Assembly: GCA_050230475.1 (NCBI GenBank)
Contig: JBFLGF010000009.1
Coordinates: forward strand, 1-64,000
Origin: Ancylonema sp.
Taxonomy: Eukaryota
Length of the DNA stretch: 64,000 bases
Direction of reading: 5' to 3'
The first letter of the stretch is position 1; each line of letters starts with the position of its first letter. The translations under genes were made by a program, and so were the position numbers. The notes under the pieces were generated by a model, which worked only from the letters and a program-made list of their open reading frames with translations, had not been told where the DNA came from and searched no databases. Shown in pieces: positions 13,409-25,600 of the stretch.

Positions 13409-13522
13409 CATATATGTAAAAAAAAAAATATATGTATATATACATATATATATAAAAATATATATTTGTATATATGTATACACATATACATACATATATG
13501 TATACATGTATATATATATACA

Positions 13523-13566
<44 letters not shown>

Positions 13567-16500
13567 AAAATGTACATATATATGTCTACGTATGTATATA
13601 TATATATGTATATATATATATAAATATATATATACATATGTATACATATGTATATACATATGTATGTATAATATATGTATATATGTATATATGTATATAT
13701 ACATATGTATATATGTATATATATATGTATATATACATACATACATATATACATATACATATATATATATATGTGTACATACATATATTTTATTTTTTTT
13801 TAAATTCGTTTTTTGGCGCAGGTTGGTAACACTCCCCTGATTCGACTCACGCAAGCCTCTGAGGAGACGGGATGCGAAATCTACGGCAAGGTGAATGCAA
13901 ACATGCCCCACCTCCATTACAAGACATGTAGTCACTGCTTGTTTCTCATAGTCATTTTTTCGCTCCTGTGAAGAAAGTGAAGGCAGCAGTTTGACATATG
14001 ATGTGTTTGCATGCAATTATGATGGAAGGTGGCATTTGAATTCAATCATTACTTCACTGATATAGGCCAAATAAATTTGGTATCCTTTTGATCCAGTATT
14101 CATAGTTGAGCTGGATTTTATAAAATCCAGCTCGACTGAATTCAGCTGTTGTTGAAAATTCCAAGAGACAAAACTTTTCGAGATATCCACAAACAAAAAA
14201 GTTGAAAATGTAATAAAAATGTATCCCAAGTCTGGGCAGTACAGCCTTTTTGAACACCCTCTTAGAGTAAATTAAACATTTATGGACATTAATAAATAAT
14301 GCAAAGTGGATTGGATCCAGTTTTTTGGGTTGATGTTCAGCAAGGAATACAGCAGAGATTGAGCAGAGTTTGAAGTGAATGGGGAGAACGGCACAAATGT
14401 TAGCTCCTGTCTGTACATGTGATTCGGTTCATATACATATTGCGTGTATGTCGACATTTGGATGCACACAGTATATGTACGTATGTAGGAATGCATATGC
14501 CAACCCATTTTTTCAAAGAATCCATAAACACATACACAGGTACAACTTTATGTGCGGGTCCATACGTTCAGGCCATATCTTCGCATCATGCGCGAGTGTA
14601 TATCTTTGGATTTAGCGTTTTCGTTGCCTGACATATACCAGATGATGTGTGAAATTTTTAATCTAGAGCGGTATCAACATCGCTCACTTTCATTCCTTCT
14701 CTCTCCCTCTATTGCCAAATGTGAACAAGTGGGGTGAGAGGAGCAGGAAGGGGTGAAGTAGTCGCCATTTTTTTATTTTTTTTCCCCGTCTGTTCAGGCC
14801 GAGTTTATGAACCCGGGTGGATCCGTGAAAGATCGAGCAGCTCTCTACATCATCAAGGTCCCACACAACACCCATACCCATACCCTATACCCTATACCCT
14901 ATACTCATATTAATACCCGTATACTTTTCTGGTCTTGAGTATAGAAACGCTATCCTCCTCCTCCTCCTCCTCCTCCTCCTCCTCCCAGGAGAAACGAACA
15001 GAGTGGGGGGAGACAGTCACCACTGCTCCCACTGTTTGCTGACATCAGCAGATTTGTTTTGTGTGCAGGATGCGGAGGAGAGGGGGGTCTTGAAGCCGGG
15101 GGGCGTGATCGTGGAGGGGACAGCTGGCAACACAGGGATCGGCCTCAGCCTCCTGGCCAACGCCATGGGCTACAAGACTGTCATCGTCATCCCAAGCACC
15201 CAGAGCCAGGAGAAGAAGGACATGCTCAGGATCGCAGGGGCCGCGCTGGTGGAGGTGGGTGCCAGGCGGCAGGTGGCAGAAATGTGAGAGGGACCGCTGA
15301 CCTCTCTGTTGTTTTCTCCTGGTCAGGTGCCCGCGGTGCCGTACAAGAACCCCAACAACTACGTCCGGTACTCTGGGCGGCTGGCGGAACAGATTGCCAA
15401 GGTGGGGGGCGGCGGACGCGGCAGTTTTCGTGATCGATAGAAGTGACGCACTGCTGTGTTCAGGGTTTTAGGGTTTTAGGGGTGTTTGAGAGAGATTGGG
15501 GTTGGGGTTGGGGTTGGTGGCAGACAAATCCGAACGGAGCTCTTTGGAGCAACCAGGTCCGACCCTCCCCCCTCCAACTCCACCTCAGCTGAGGATGGGA
15601 GTAAACTCTGATACCTGGGATGGGGGATGGGGGATGGGGCGGGTGGACCAGTTTGACAACCTGGCGAATCGGCGCGCCCATTATGAAACCACGGGTACGT
15701 GTTTTTCTTAGCTGTATACGATGCCGCTGTTGTAACCAACCAATCCGCCTATTCGTTATTTTTAGGTCCTGAGATCTGGGCCCAGACTGTTGGCAAAGTG
15801 GACGGATTCATTTGTGCCATCGGGACAGGTGGCACGCTGGCAGGGGTCGGGAAGGTGAGTCAATCTCTGGGGAGGGGGTGGGAGGGGGGGTGGCGGTTTT
15901 CAGAGGAGAGGGGTTCTATGTGCGTGTGCAGTTCTTGAAGGAGCAGAACCCAGCCGTGCGGATCGGGATGGTGGACCCCATGGGGGCCGCCATGCACGCC
16001 TACTACGACCGAGGGGTGCTGGAATCAAAAGGAAACTCAGTAAACGCTCCACATAACTTTTCACGTTTCACCTTTTTTTTTTTTTTTCAATATATATGTA
16101 TTATTCTTCTTTCTCTCGACATTATGAATGAAAATGAAACGATAATAACGACTGTCTTCTTCTGTCCCAATACAACTTGCGTACGGCATTGTAAGATTAT
16201 GATCCGGAATGGGGCGCTGAGCAGTGGCGGCGTGGGGGTGTGTGGGCAGATCTCGGAGGGCATCGGGCAGGGGCGCATCACAGGGAACCTGGAGGGGTGG
16301 GGGTTGCCGGTTCGGGAGGGGGGCGTGGTTGACTTCTGGTGTCAGGTGCGAGGGTGGGGGACTGGGGGACTGGGGGACTGGGGGATTAGCGATGCTGATG
16401 TCATGGGGGACAGTGATGATGCCATCATGAGTGGGAAAGGGGGTGGTGATGAGTGGGGAGGAGTGTGTTGGGGGGTGATTACTCCACTTACTCTGCTCTT

Positions 16501-17166
16501 CTACTGGTCCGTCACACTCTAAATTTGCCATCCTGCCATTCCGCCACTCCGCCACTCCGCCACTCCGCCACTCCGCCATTCTGCCATTCTGCCATTCTGC
16601 CATTCTGCAAGTCTTACATTTTGCCTTGTGCTGACGTGGAGAGGTTCAGGCCAGTGATGAGGAGGCTCTGCCCATCATTTACCAAATGCTGCGGCAAGAG
16701 GGGCTGTGCATGGGTCCCTCTACCGGAATCAATGTGGCAGGTGGGACCCTATAAACCCTAAACCTTAAACCCTAAACTCCTCTAGACTGATGTGGGATGG
16801 TGTGGTGGGGCTGGTCGATAGAAATAAATAAGGAGTTGAGGGAGTGATGCATGAGTTGTATCATGTTTGGAGTGTGAAGTATGTTCAGGATCGTGTGTTT
16901 TGATGGCCTACTTATTGACGGCATGCCCCACCAACCTTGCCCTCGTTTTGATGTTCTCACATTCGGCAGGCGCCATAAAACTGGCCAAGGAGTTGGGTCC
17001 CGGGCACACAATTGTCACAATTTTGTGCGATTTAGGCACCAAGTACCAAGGGAAGATCTTCAACGTCGAGTATTTGAAAGCCAATAATTTGCCGTTTCCT
17101 CCTTGGCTAGAGGAGGGGCATGATGAGGTCGAAGTGCCCCAAGTTTTCGAGCAGGTCGAGACTTAG
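12038..17166 (+). CDS. PLP-dependent cysteine synthase (O-acetylserine sulfhydrylase family). Exons 12038-12115, 13822-13890, 14798-14857, 15069-15254, 15327-15401, 15524-15556, 15652-15694, 15766-15854, 15932-16039, 16250-16345, 16650-16740, 16970-17166; an upstream transit-peptide exon is possible
   Basis: Motifs [24 protein letters not shown] (PLP lysine), [35 protein letters not shown] and TILCDLG. All junctions are GT-AG and in phase. Confidence 0.95.
12602..13790. repeat. ~1.2-kb degenerate (TA)n/TATG/TACA microsatellite inside cysteine synthase intron
   Basis: Directly visible and accounts for the spurious YI-rich ORFs. Confidence 0.97.
16532..16608. repeat. 8-mer repeat (CCGCCACT / CTGCCATT)n in intron
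   Basis: Directly visible. Confidence 0.9.
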
Positions 17167-17340
17167 CACTTTGCATCGTCTGATTTTGTTTGGTTGTATT
17201 TTTTTTTTGGTTTTCGGATATTGTGACTTATCGTGACATTCGAGTTCGGAGGTCTGAGTTCTGAGTTCGGAATTATTGGTAGGGAAATGCGGGAGAGGGA
17301 GAGGATGTGTGGTGGGGAGAGGGCGCAAACTTGCTTCCCA

Positions 17341-17398
17341 TGAATGGATGAATGAATGAATGAATGAATGAATGAATGAATGAATGAATGAATGAATG
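17341..17398. repeat. (TGAA)n microsatellite
   Basis: Directly visible. Confidence 0.95.
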
Positions 17399-18644
17399 TG
17401 GAATCACTTGTCAAAGTGCAGCCTTTGTTTTGGAAGTGGTTGATACGTCAAGTCTCTTGTGAGAGCTTGGAGCAGCTGGAATTCATGAAGAATCTAATTG
17501 CCTTGACTTGACTTGACTTGTCTAGCTGCATTGTAGAACAAATCCGAGTTCAAAAAAAAATAGACTTGCATCGGGTTCGGTTTCATTTTACTATGCTTGG
17601 CGATGTGGCGGAAATTATGTCTTGGAATTCCACTAAGCGGTCACATTAAGAATACCTTCCATCGTTTCTTTATATTGGATGAACGAAACATTTTTGCTGT
17701 CTCAATCATTTCTACTCAAAGTCTCAATGCGGATGTGTTGACCTAACCCTAAAAAACAAATAGCAAGTACCGATGGTGTGCCAATTTTACTCACTTGAGT
17801 GCAAATATCTATCTGAAAATTTCGGGGATTGGCCTGAGAAATGGAGTGTTGCACGATTCTCAACAAATAGGAAGCGGATGCATGTTTCCTTTAACACACC
17901 ACGGACACAAAATGAGACGAGCAATGGTGCTATATTTTTTATTTTATTCAATAGCGACGAACCAGTGGTATGCATCGTGTACGACGGGACCTCCATGTGA
18001 ATTGAAGAGATGAAGTTTTAAAAAACCAAAAAAATGCCAAAAATCAAATGCAAAGCAAAATGTACGGGAAAACGTAACATCGTTATGTTCTCCTGTTCAC
18101 TCGGGTGTTGTAATAGCGGGTGTTAGAAGAGAACGACAAACTCAAAAAGCGAGGTGCTGTAGCGGCCCTGAAATAAATAATTAATTGGGGGGGGGGGGGG
18201 GCGGCGTTACATTGATTTTTATAAATCGTAGTTTCGATGGTTTTCGACGGTGTCGGTGGTGGTTCGGGGGAGGGGATGGGGGGTGGGGGGGACGATTTCA
18301 TTCAAATGCGTTGCAAAAATTGGGAGGGTTAATCACGGCCGCTACGGTATGCGTGAGTCGCTTCGCTCGTAGCCAATGTACGGCCAGCCAGTATGTGCAC
18401 GCGGATAAAAATTGAATGACCGTACATAACGAAGCACCTCAGGCAACCAGCTGCGCATACTGCTGGCCTCCAGGTGCGGCAGGGGATACTCCTACTTCCG
18501 ACAGGCATATCGGACTTCCAGTGCATCTTGGAGAGCGTGATCAATCCACTGTGTTGATCGTAACTGCACGGTTTTTTGCGAGATCAGCAGACTGAACAGG
18601 CTTTCCATCACAGCTGCCACCAATCTTGATACTTTGAGGCAGAG

Positions 18645-19256
18645 ATGGCACGACGTGGCGTCGCCGTCTCCGGATTCCTTGCCCTGTATCGAACCTCCCG
18701 AAGTCTAAGCTCTGTTCTCGGCTTGAACTTTCGGAATTCTGACGCATATTTGAACCACAATCCGCGTTCCGGTCCTCCCACCTCCTCATCCGTACCTCAA
18801 GCCGGTCCAGCGGCTGCTTACCACACAGATCCGCACATGCTTGGCTCTCAAGCCACTGTCCTGGCCTTGCATCGAGTCTCGGAGATTTTTCTTGGCGGAG
18901 GATGCCTTCCTCCGATTGGCTCTGGGTTCCCCACTGCAACGACCGGCAATTTCGGTGTAGCTTCTCTTCTTTCGTCGGCACTATGCCAGTCCGTACGAGG
19001 AACTGCAGCGTCAGCTGGAGCGTCGACAGGAACAGATTCTGAGATATCAGATATACCTCCCGCGCCAGACACAGATGTCAGTGGGGAAGTTGGGGGTGGG
19101 CCTCAGGAGATTGATTCAGATGAGATAGAGGGGGAAGAGGCCGATGAGCCGATCATACGAAAGAATGAAAAAACTGGAGAGGTTGATGGCCCCAAGGGCC
19201 TGGAGCCAACACGATACGGGGACTGGGAAAAAGGAGGTCGCTGCTATGATTTCTAG
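18645..19256 (+). CDS. SDHAF4: Succinate dehydrogenase assembly factor 4 (Sdh8/DUF1674), mitochondrial, single exon
   Basis: C-terminal signature GEVDGPKGLEPTRYGDWEKGGRCYDF and an R/S-rich presequence-like N-terminus. Confidence 0.93.
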   Translation: MARRGVAVSGFLALYRTSRSLSSVLGLNFRNSDAYLNHNPRSGPPTSSSVPQAGPAAAYHTDPHMLGSQATVLALHRVSEIFLGGGCLPPIGSGFPTATTGNFGVASLLSSALCQSVRGTAASAGASTGTDSEISDIPPAPDTDVSGEVGGGPQEIDSDEIEGEEADEPIIRKNEKTGEVDGPKGLEPTRYGDWEKGGRCYDF

Positions 19257-20184
19257 TGTGGGCTAGGACAGTTCCATTTGGGACAGAGCGGTTCAAAGTC
19301 CTCAAAACGATTTCATTTCTAGTGTCGAATTCGGTAGTGTCTCATTAAGCGTTTCCGCGTGTTTTCAAAGAAACTGCTCTGGGAAGAGTTGAACATTTTG
19401 TTGACAATTTGTTGATAATTTGTTGAAATGTAAACGTGTGCATGCATGTCAATTTTACTAGGGTCTGCCTACCACACTGTAAGGGTAATCAGGGGTTGTG
19501 TGTGCCAAAAGCTGTGTCCTCGCCAAATAGATCATACATGACGGGAGCAATTAAGAAGTGACTCTTATGAAAGGAAATGGTCTGCATATGTACTTTTCAC
19601 CGACATTGCTATGTCTAGTATCTGAATGCGGACCTCGGGGCACGCAATTGTCGTAGAACGATTTGTCCCCCAGATAGAACAACCCAATTTGGTAACATAA
19701 TATACTCTTGCAAAGCAGGTTCTTGAATAATCTGAAATTCATCTTCTGGTTGCATCGGACCAGTCTCTCAACATTTCCTCAATTTAAAAGCCCAATCATT
19801 GGTACCAAAATCATATATGGCAAAGTGTGGCAAGTGGCAGTGTGACAGTTAGATGCAAGCCGCAGCTTATGTAACGAATTCAATTCCGACCATTTTGGTA
19901 CCCCTGTAAATTCGCCAAACACTTACTCTCGTCAGACTCATACAGAGAACCTGGAAGCCCTTCACAAACACAGGACTAACCAATGACCAGCCACGTTATA
20001 GTATTGCAGATACGACACTTCCTACACTTTGTACACTCACTAAGCACACCCTAGTTGCACCTCACTACAGGTGCCCCTATACGAAACTACCTTAGTGTGC
20101 CTATATCGTACTGCCCTCCTACCCTTACAACTCTTCACACACACACGGACGACATCACTGCCTCCCTCTAAGCCACTGGGTGCT

Positions 20185-22644
20185 TTAATTTCTATGCGTC
20201 ATTCTGCCACTTTCTGCCCCGGCAAACGGGTCGATCGTCACATTAATGAGAGCCGGTTTCTTTGCACCAAATGCTTCCCGCACTGCCTCCGCCAGCTGTC
20301 CAGGCGTGTCCACCGAATACCCCTTCCCACCAAACGCGTTCATGAGGAGGTTGTACTTGATCCCTGCCACAAAAGAGGTCGGAGCCGGATCCTTGTGGTA
20401 GGGTTCAGGAATATCCACCGCACCTCTACGGTCTCCACCGTAAACCCCTCCGTTGTTCATCACTATCACCACAACTGGAAGGTCGTACCGCACAATGGTC
20501 TGCAACAAAAAGGCGGAGAGAAGGGATGATCAAAAGTGCATGGACAATGGAATGTCAGAGTTTGGGTAACCTTCCAGCACGCCAGCCCTGTTTGTTGAAC
20601 ACAAGTCTGCCCTCATCTAAAATACATCTCAGAATTTCCTCACAAATTTCAATTTTCCCTCCCGATTCCCAGATTTTCCACTCGAGGATGGAACGATATC
20701 CGAAACTTTTCATACTCTCACACCACCTCCATCCCTTCCCCCCCCCCACCCCCCCCCGAAACCCCCAACCCCCAACCCCCAACCCCTCTGCTCTATCTCA
20801 CCTCCATCTCCATTCCGCTGAATCCAAACGCTGAGTCCCCCTCCACAGCCACCACCAGCCTCCCCGGCACCGAGACCGCCGCCCCAATGGCATACCCCAG
20901 CCCCACCCCCATGGTCCCCCACGTGCCCGCATCCAATCGCGTGCGAGGTTCAGTCTGCTCCAGCACCGCCCTCCCCACATCCATAGTGTTGGCGCCCTCA
21001 GAGACCAGGATGGGGGCAGGGGATCCGACGGCTGCGATTGCGTCCCGGATGATGCGGAGGGAGCAGTGGAAGTTGAGGGGTGTGACGTCAGCAGCGAGAG
21101 TGGAGGCCATCTTGGAGGTATTGATCACAGCTTGGGCCTGGGGGGGGGGAGGAGGGGTAGGGGGGGGATATAGAGATACAATGTTTTAATGTTTGCTGAT
21201 TGAGAAAGCATGAAGTGGAAGGAAATGGGACGATGGAAACCGTGCACCCAAAACGAGAAAAGGAAGCAACACACCTCCAAACAATAAATAAAAGTAAAAA
21301 ATGATGGAATACACAACACACTCTGTCACACACCAACAGCAGAGTACTGATACCGGCAAGGAACTCATCATACGCACTCCTCCAACTCCCACCCGCCCAT
21401 CCCCACCTTGATAGCTGCCCTCCAGGGATGCTCTTCCCCCAGCCTCACCCCAACCTCCTTCACCATCTCATTCAGCGCCTCCATCACCGCCTTTGCATCC
21501 CCCACCAGCCCCACCGCCGGTTTCCTCAACTCCACCTCCCCCCCATCCACCTCCACCAACACAAACTTCACCCCCTTCCCCCACTTCGGCTCCTCCCCGA
21601 AATGCAACATCCAGTTCAGTCTCGCCCCCACCACTAAGACCACATCCGCCTGCGATAGGGCCAGGGACCGCGCAGCCCCAGCCGCAAGTGGGTGGGTGTC
21701 TGGCAGAACCCCCTTACCCATGGGGGTGGCAACAAAGGGGATCCCTGTGCCCCCCACAAACTCGCTCAAAGCCGCCTCTGCTCGGGCGTAGCCCGCTCCC
21801 TTTCCAATCACCAGCAGAGGGCGCTGAGCTTCTTTCAGGAGGCAGAGGGCCTGGTGAAGCAGATAGGCTGGGGGAAGGGGGGAGGAGAGGGAGAAGGTGG
21901 CAGGGGAAGGAGGGTGGGCCCAGGAGGGGGAGAAGGCTTTCAGATTTGAGAGAAGGGAGTCCACTTCGGGGAGCGGGAGGGTTTGGTGGAGAAGGTCAGA
22001 GGGGAGGTCGATGTAGGACCCGCCTGGGCGTCCGGTTACTGAGGCGCGAATGGCGGTTTCTACCACATATGGGATCTCTGAAAGACTCTTGGCTTTGCCT
22101 GTGGAATGCAATAGGGGGGGGGGGGGCGGACATTAGGTGTGTGTGTCACCCTTGGGCCAAAGTTTTTATTCTCTCTCTTTCTCACTTTTTTTTTCCTTCT
22201 TTTTATCATCATTGAAATTCTAAGCAAAAGACATCCATTTGGGTGCAAAATGCAGGAGTTGCTCACCCCCATATTTCACAAAGGGCTGCACTGCTGCCAG
22301 CTGGTCGAGCTCCTGGAAGTCCCCCTTCCCAATGTCTGCCTGACAGCTGGACCCGGAAACCATGACCATGGGCCACGTGTTGATCATGGCGTTGCTCAGA
22401 CCCGCAAGGCCGTGGACGCACCCGGGACCCGACACGGTTAACAGCGCCCCGGGAACACCTGTCAGGTAACCGCACGCGCCCGCTGCGTACCCGGCCGCCT
22501 GCTCGTTGCGGAAGGCGATGAATCGGATACCCGCTTTCTGGGCGGCCGTGGCGACGTAGGTCACAGGGATGCCGACCACGCCGAACATGAAACGGATGCC
22601 GAGGCGGGCAAGGGCTTGGGCGGCGATCTCGTTGCCGTCGAGGA
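20185..22644 (-). CDS. ThDP-dependent oxalyl-CoA decarboxylase / 2-hydroxyacyl-CoA lyase (HACL/OXC) domain
   Basis: [30 protein letters not shown] (catalytic Glu), [61 protein letters not shown] (ThDP motif) and C-terminal [11 protein letters not shown]. Confidence 0.95.
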
Positions 22645-25600
22645 CTGGGGGAGATGGAGGGGGGGGGGGGAGGTGGGATGGGATGGGATGGGATGGTCAG
22701 GAGGGAAGGAGGTGGAATGGAGGGACTTGGGCAGCGGTGTGAATAGAGTTTGAAGTGATGTGTTTGTGATGCAGAGGGCATTTCGCGTCGAAAATGAGAG
22801 GCTAGAATGATGAGAGGAGGGCATCGACCACCATTATGTTTTGGAGAACATATGAGACAGCAAAAAGGAACAGCTTATATATGTATATCTGAATACATTA
22901 ATGTAAAGGACGATGGATGTTCTCCATTATTGCATGGTCCTCACAGCAGAACCACTTTCCGATGTAGGCGACCTCATGACTGATAAAACTTTGAGAAGGA
23001 ATTCAGGTCTGAAGGGTTACAAATAGAACCACATTCCTACCCCCCTCCTGTTCCCACTACCGCCTATTTCTATTTTTCACTCTTCTTACCACCCTCCCCC
23101 AGCCCCATCCCATTCTGTTGGGATGGGATTACATAAAACATTGAATAAGGTCTCCCACGTCCACCAACCCTACTTTCGATCATAGACTGAATGCTCTCCT
23201 AGCCCTACTCATAGCTCCAGAGGATGTCTCTGCAAGACCTTCAGCTTCAACAGCAGCAGGCAGGACCCCCCTCCTCCCCCCCCCCTCAGTTCAGGTGTGG
23301 GGCCCACCTGCTGTCGCAGCTGCTGCTGCTGGCGTTTCCACCTTCTCCTCCTTTTTGCCGAGGAAGACTTGTGCCACAAAGCGGCGCTGGATTTTGCCAG
23401 TGGCAGTTCGAGGCACCTCGTCAGTGAAGAAAATCCGTTTGGGGATCTTGAAGGGAGCCAACTTCTTCTTGAGGAAGGTCTGGATGTCTTCCTGTGAGGG
23501 GGTCTGCCCCTTGTGCAGCATCACTGCAGCATTCACCTGAACAGAAGGGGCATCACTCAACACAGGGGTGTTGAGTGATGTTGCACACGGACGTTCGGAT
23601 ATAAGGAATAGAGTGGGATGGAATGTGGCTACATTGGGTCGAGAACTGTTTTCGGGATTGTGCAATATTCAATTTCCAAGATAGCATGGAGGTCTGCCCA
23701 CAAAGGAAGAGAGGCAGAAAGGCAGAATGGCAGAATGGCAGAACAGAAGCAAGGCAGGAAGAAAGAAGGGCAGGGCGGTAACGAAGAGAGGCAGAGAGGC
23801 AGAGAGGCAGAGAGGCAGAGAGGCAGAGAGGCAGAGAGGCAGAGAGGCAGAGAGGCAGAGAGGCAGAGAGGCAGAGAGGCAGAGAGGCAGAGAGGCAGAG
23901 AGGCAGAGAGGCAGAGAGGCAGAGAGGCAGAGAGGCAGAGAGGCAGAGAGGCAGAGAGGCAGAGAGGCAGAGAGGCAGAGAGGCAAGAAGGTAGAAAGGG
24001 AGGAAGGCAGAAGGGCAGAAGGGCAGAATGGCAGAATGGCAGAAAGGCAGAACGGCAGACGGGGAGGAAGGCAGAAAGGCTGTACCTCCTCCCCATAGAG
24101 GTCAACTGGCGCCCCAACGGCGACGGCCTCTGCCACGGCCGGATGAGCCAACAGCGCGGCATCGACTTCCATGGGAGAAATCTTCTCCCCCCCCCTGTTA
24201 ATCAGCTCCTTGATTCGCCCCACCAGCTCCAAGTACCCATCCTCATCCACCTTGCCTTGGTCCCCCGTGTGGAAGTAGTCGAACGTGAAACAGGCTTCGT
24301 TGGCCGCAGGATTGTTTTTGTAGCCCTTGGTCACATTCGGTCCCGTGAGACACACCTCCCCCACCTGTCCAGGAGGAAGCTTCCTCCCCTCCCCATCCAG
24401 AATCGCCAGGTCTACCCCCGTCGGTTTCCCCACAGTCCCCGGTTTATGCAGGCCCTCAGAGGGGAGGGGGTTGGCGCACATCTGGTGAGCTGCTTCTGTC
24501 ATAGCATACGCTTCCAGCACTGGAGCCCTGAAAGCCTCCTCCAATCCGGCGAGGACAGCTGGCGCCAGACTGGCACTGCAACTGCGGATGAAGCGGAGAA
24601 GGGGGACGTCCTCCGGCTGCTGCTTGTGCCTGGCCAGCAGAATCTGATGCATGGTGGGGACTGCGGTGTACCACGTGGCGCCTCCCTCCCGGATATCCTT
24701 CCAGAAGGTGGAAGCACTGAACCGACCGCCAGCTGGCAGCAGGGCAGTGCCTCCCGCTGCCAAAGTGGACAGCAGGGCAGCCATGAGTCCGTGTACGTGA
24801 AACAGAGGCATGACCACCAGGCTCTTGTCTCCCGCGCCCACATGGTAGCACTTGATGATGTTGCCGATGCTGGCCGCGAGGTTGGTGTGCGTCAGAGGCA
24901 CGCCTTTGGGTCGGGAAGTGGTCCCCGACGTATGCAGAAACAGAGCCTCGTCATCCCCTTCAGGACGATCGCCGGCTCCCCGCCCCCCCCCCACCACTGG
25001 AGCCAGAAGAAGGCGAGCGTCGGGTGTGAGCTTCACTCCAGAGTCAGAGGTGGTGAGCGGGTGGATGAGGGCGACAGGGAGGTTCAGGGAGGCAGCTGCA
25101 GCCTGAGCGGGCGCTGAAGGCTTGCCAGCTGGCAGCAGGAGGAGTTTGGAGGCAGCGTCCTCCATGTAGAAACGGAACTCATCCTCGGTGTAGGCTGCGT
25201 TGAGAGGGGCTGCTACGCAACGGATGCGGGTAACCGCTAGGAAGGCCACCACAAACTGGAGGGAGGGTGGGAGGTAGGGTAAGCACGTCAGGTGTGGAAA
25301 GCAGGAGAGGTAGGATGTTTGGAGGAGGGGTAGGCGGTTCAGAAACGGGGTGCATGGTTTGGAGTATGAACGCCCGAAGAGAATCAGGTGGATAAAATTG
25401 GCGAAAGGGAATACGAGTGCTTCTTTTGGCCTGACGGAAAACAAATACCTCAAGTGTGTTAGGAAAGGCGAGGGACACTAGGTCTCCTGGCTTGACACCT
25501 GTCCTCCTCAGCTCTTGTCCCAGGCGCTCCACGGCCACCTGACACCCCGGGAATAATTTAAATGCCATGTGGATGATGTTATGCAGAAACATCGAAACAA

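Noticed and set aside
12535..14016. Many long YI-rich ORFs
   Set aside because: These are translation artefacts of the TA microsatellite.
23618..25117. 499-aa plus-strand ORF with QRGREAER repeats
   Set aside because: It is antisense to AAE3 and derived from the 8-mer repeat.
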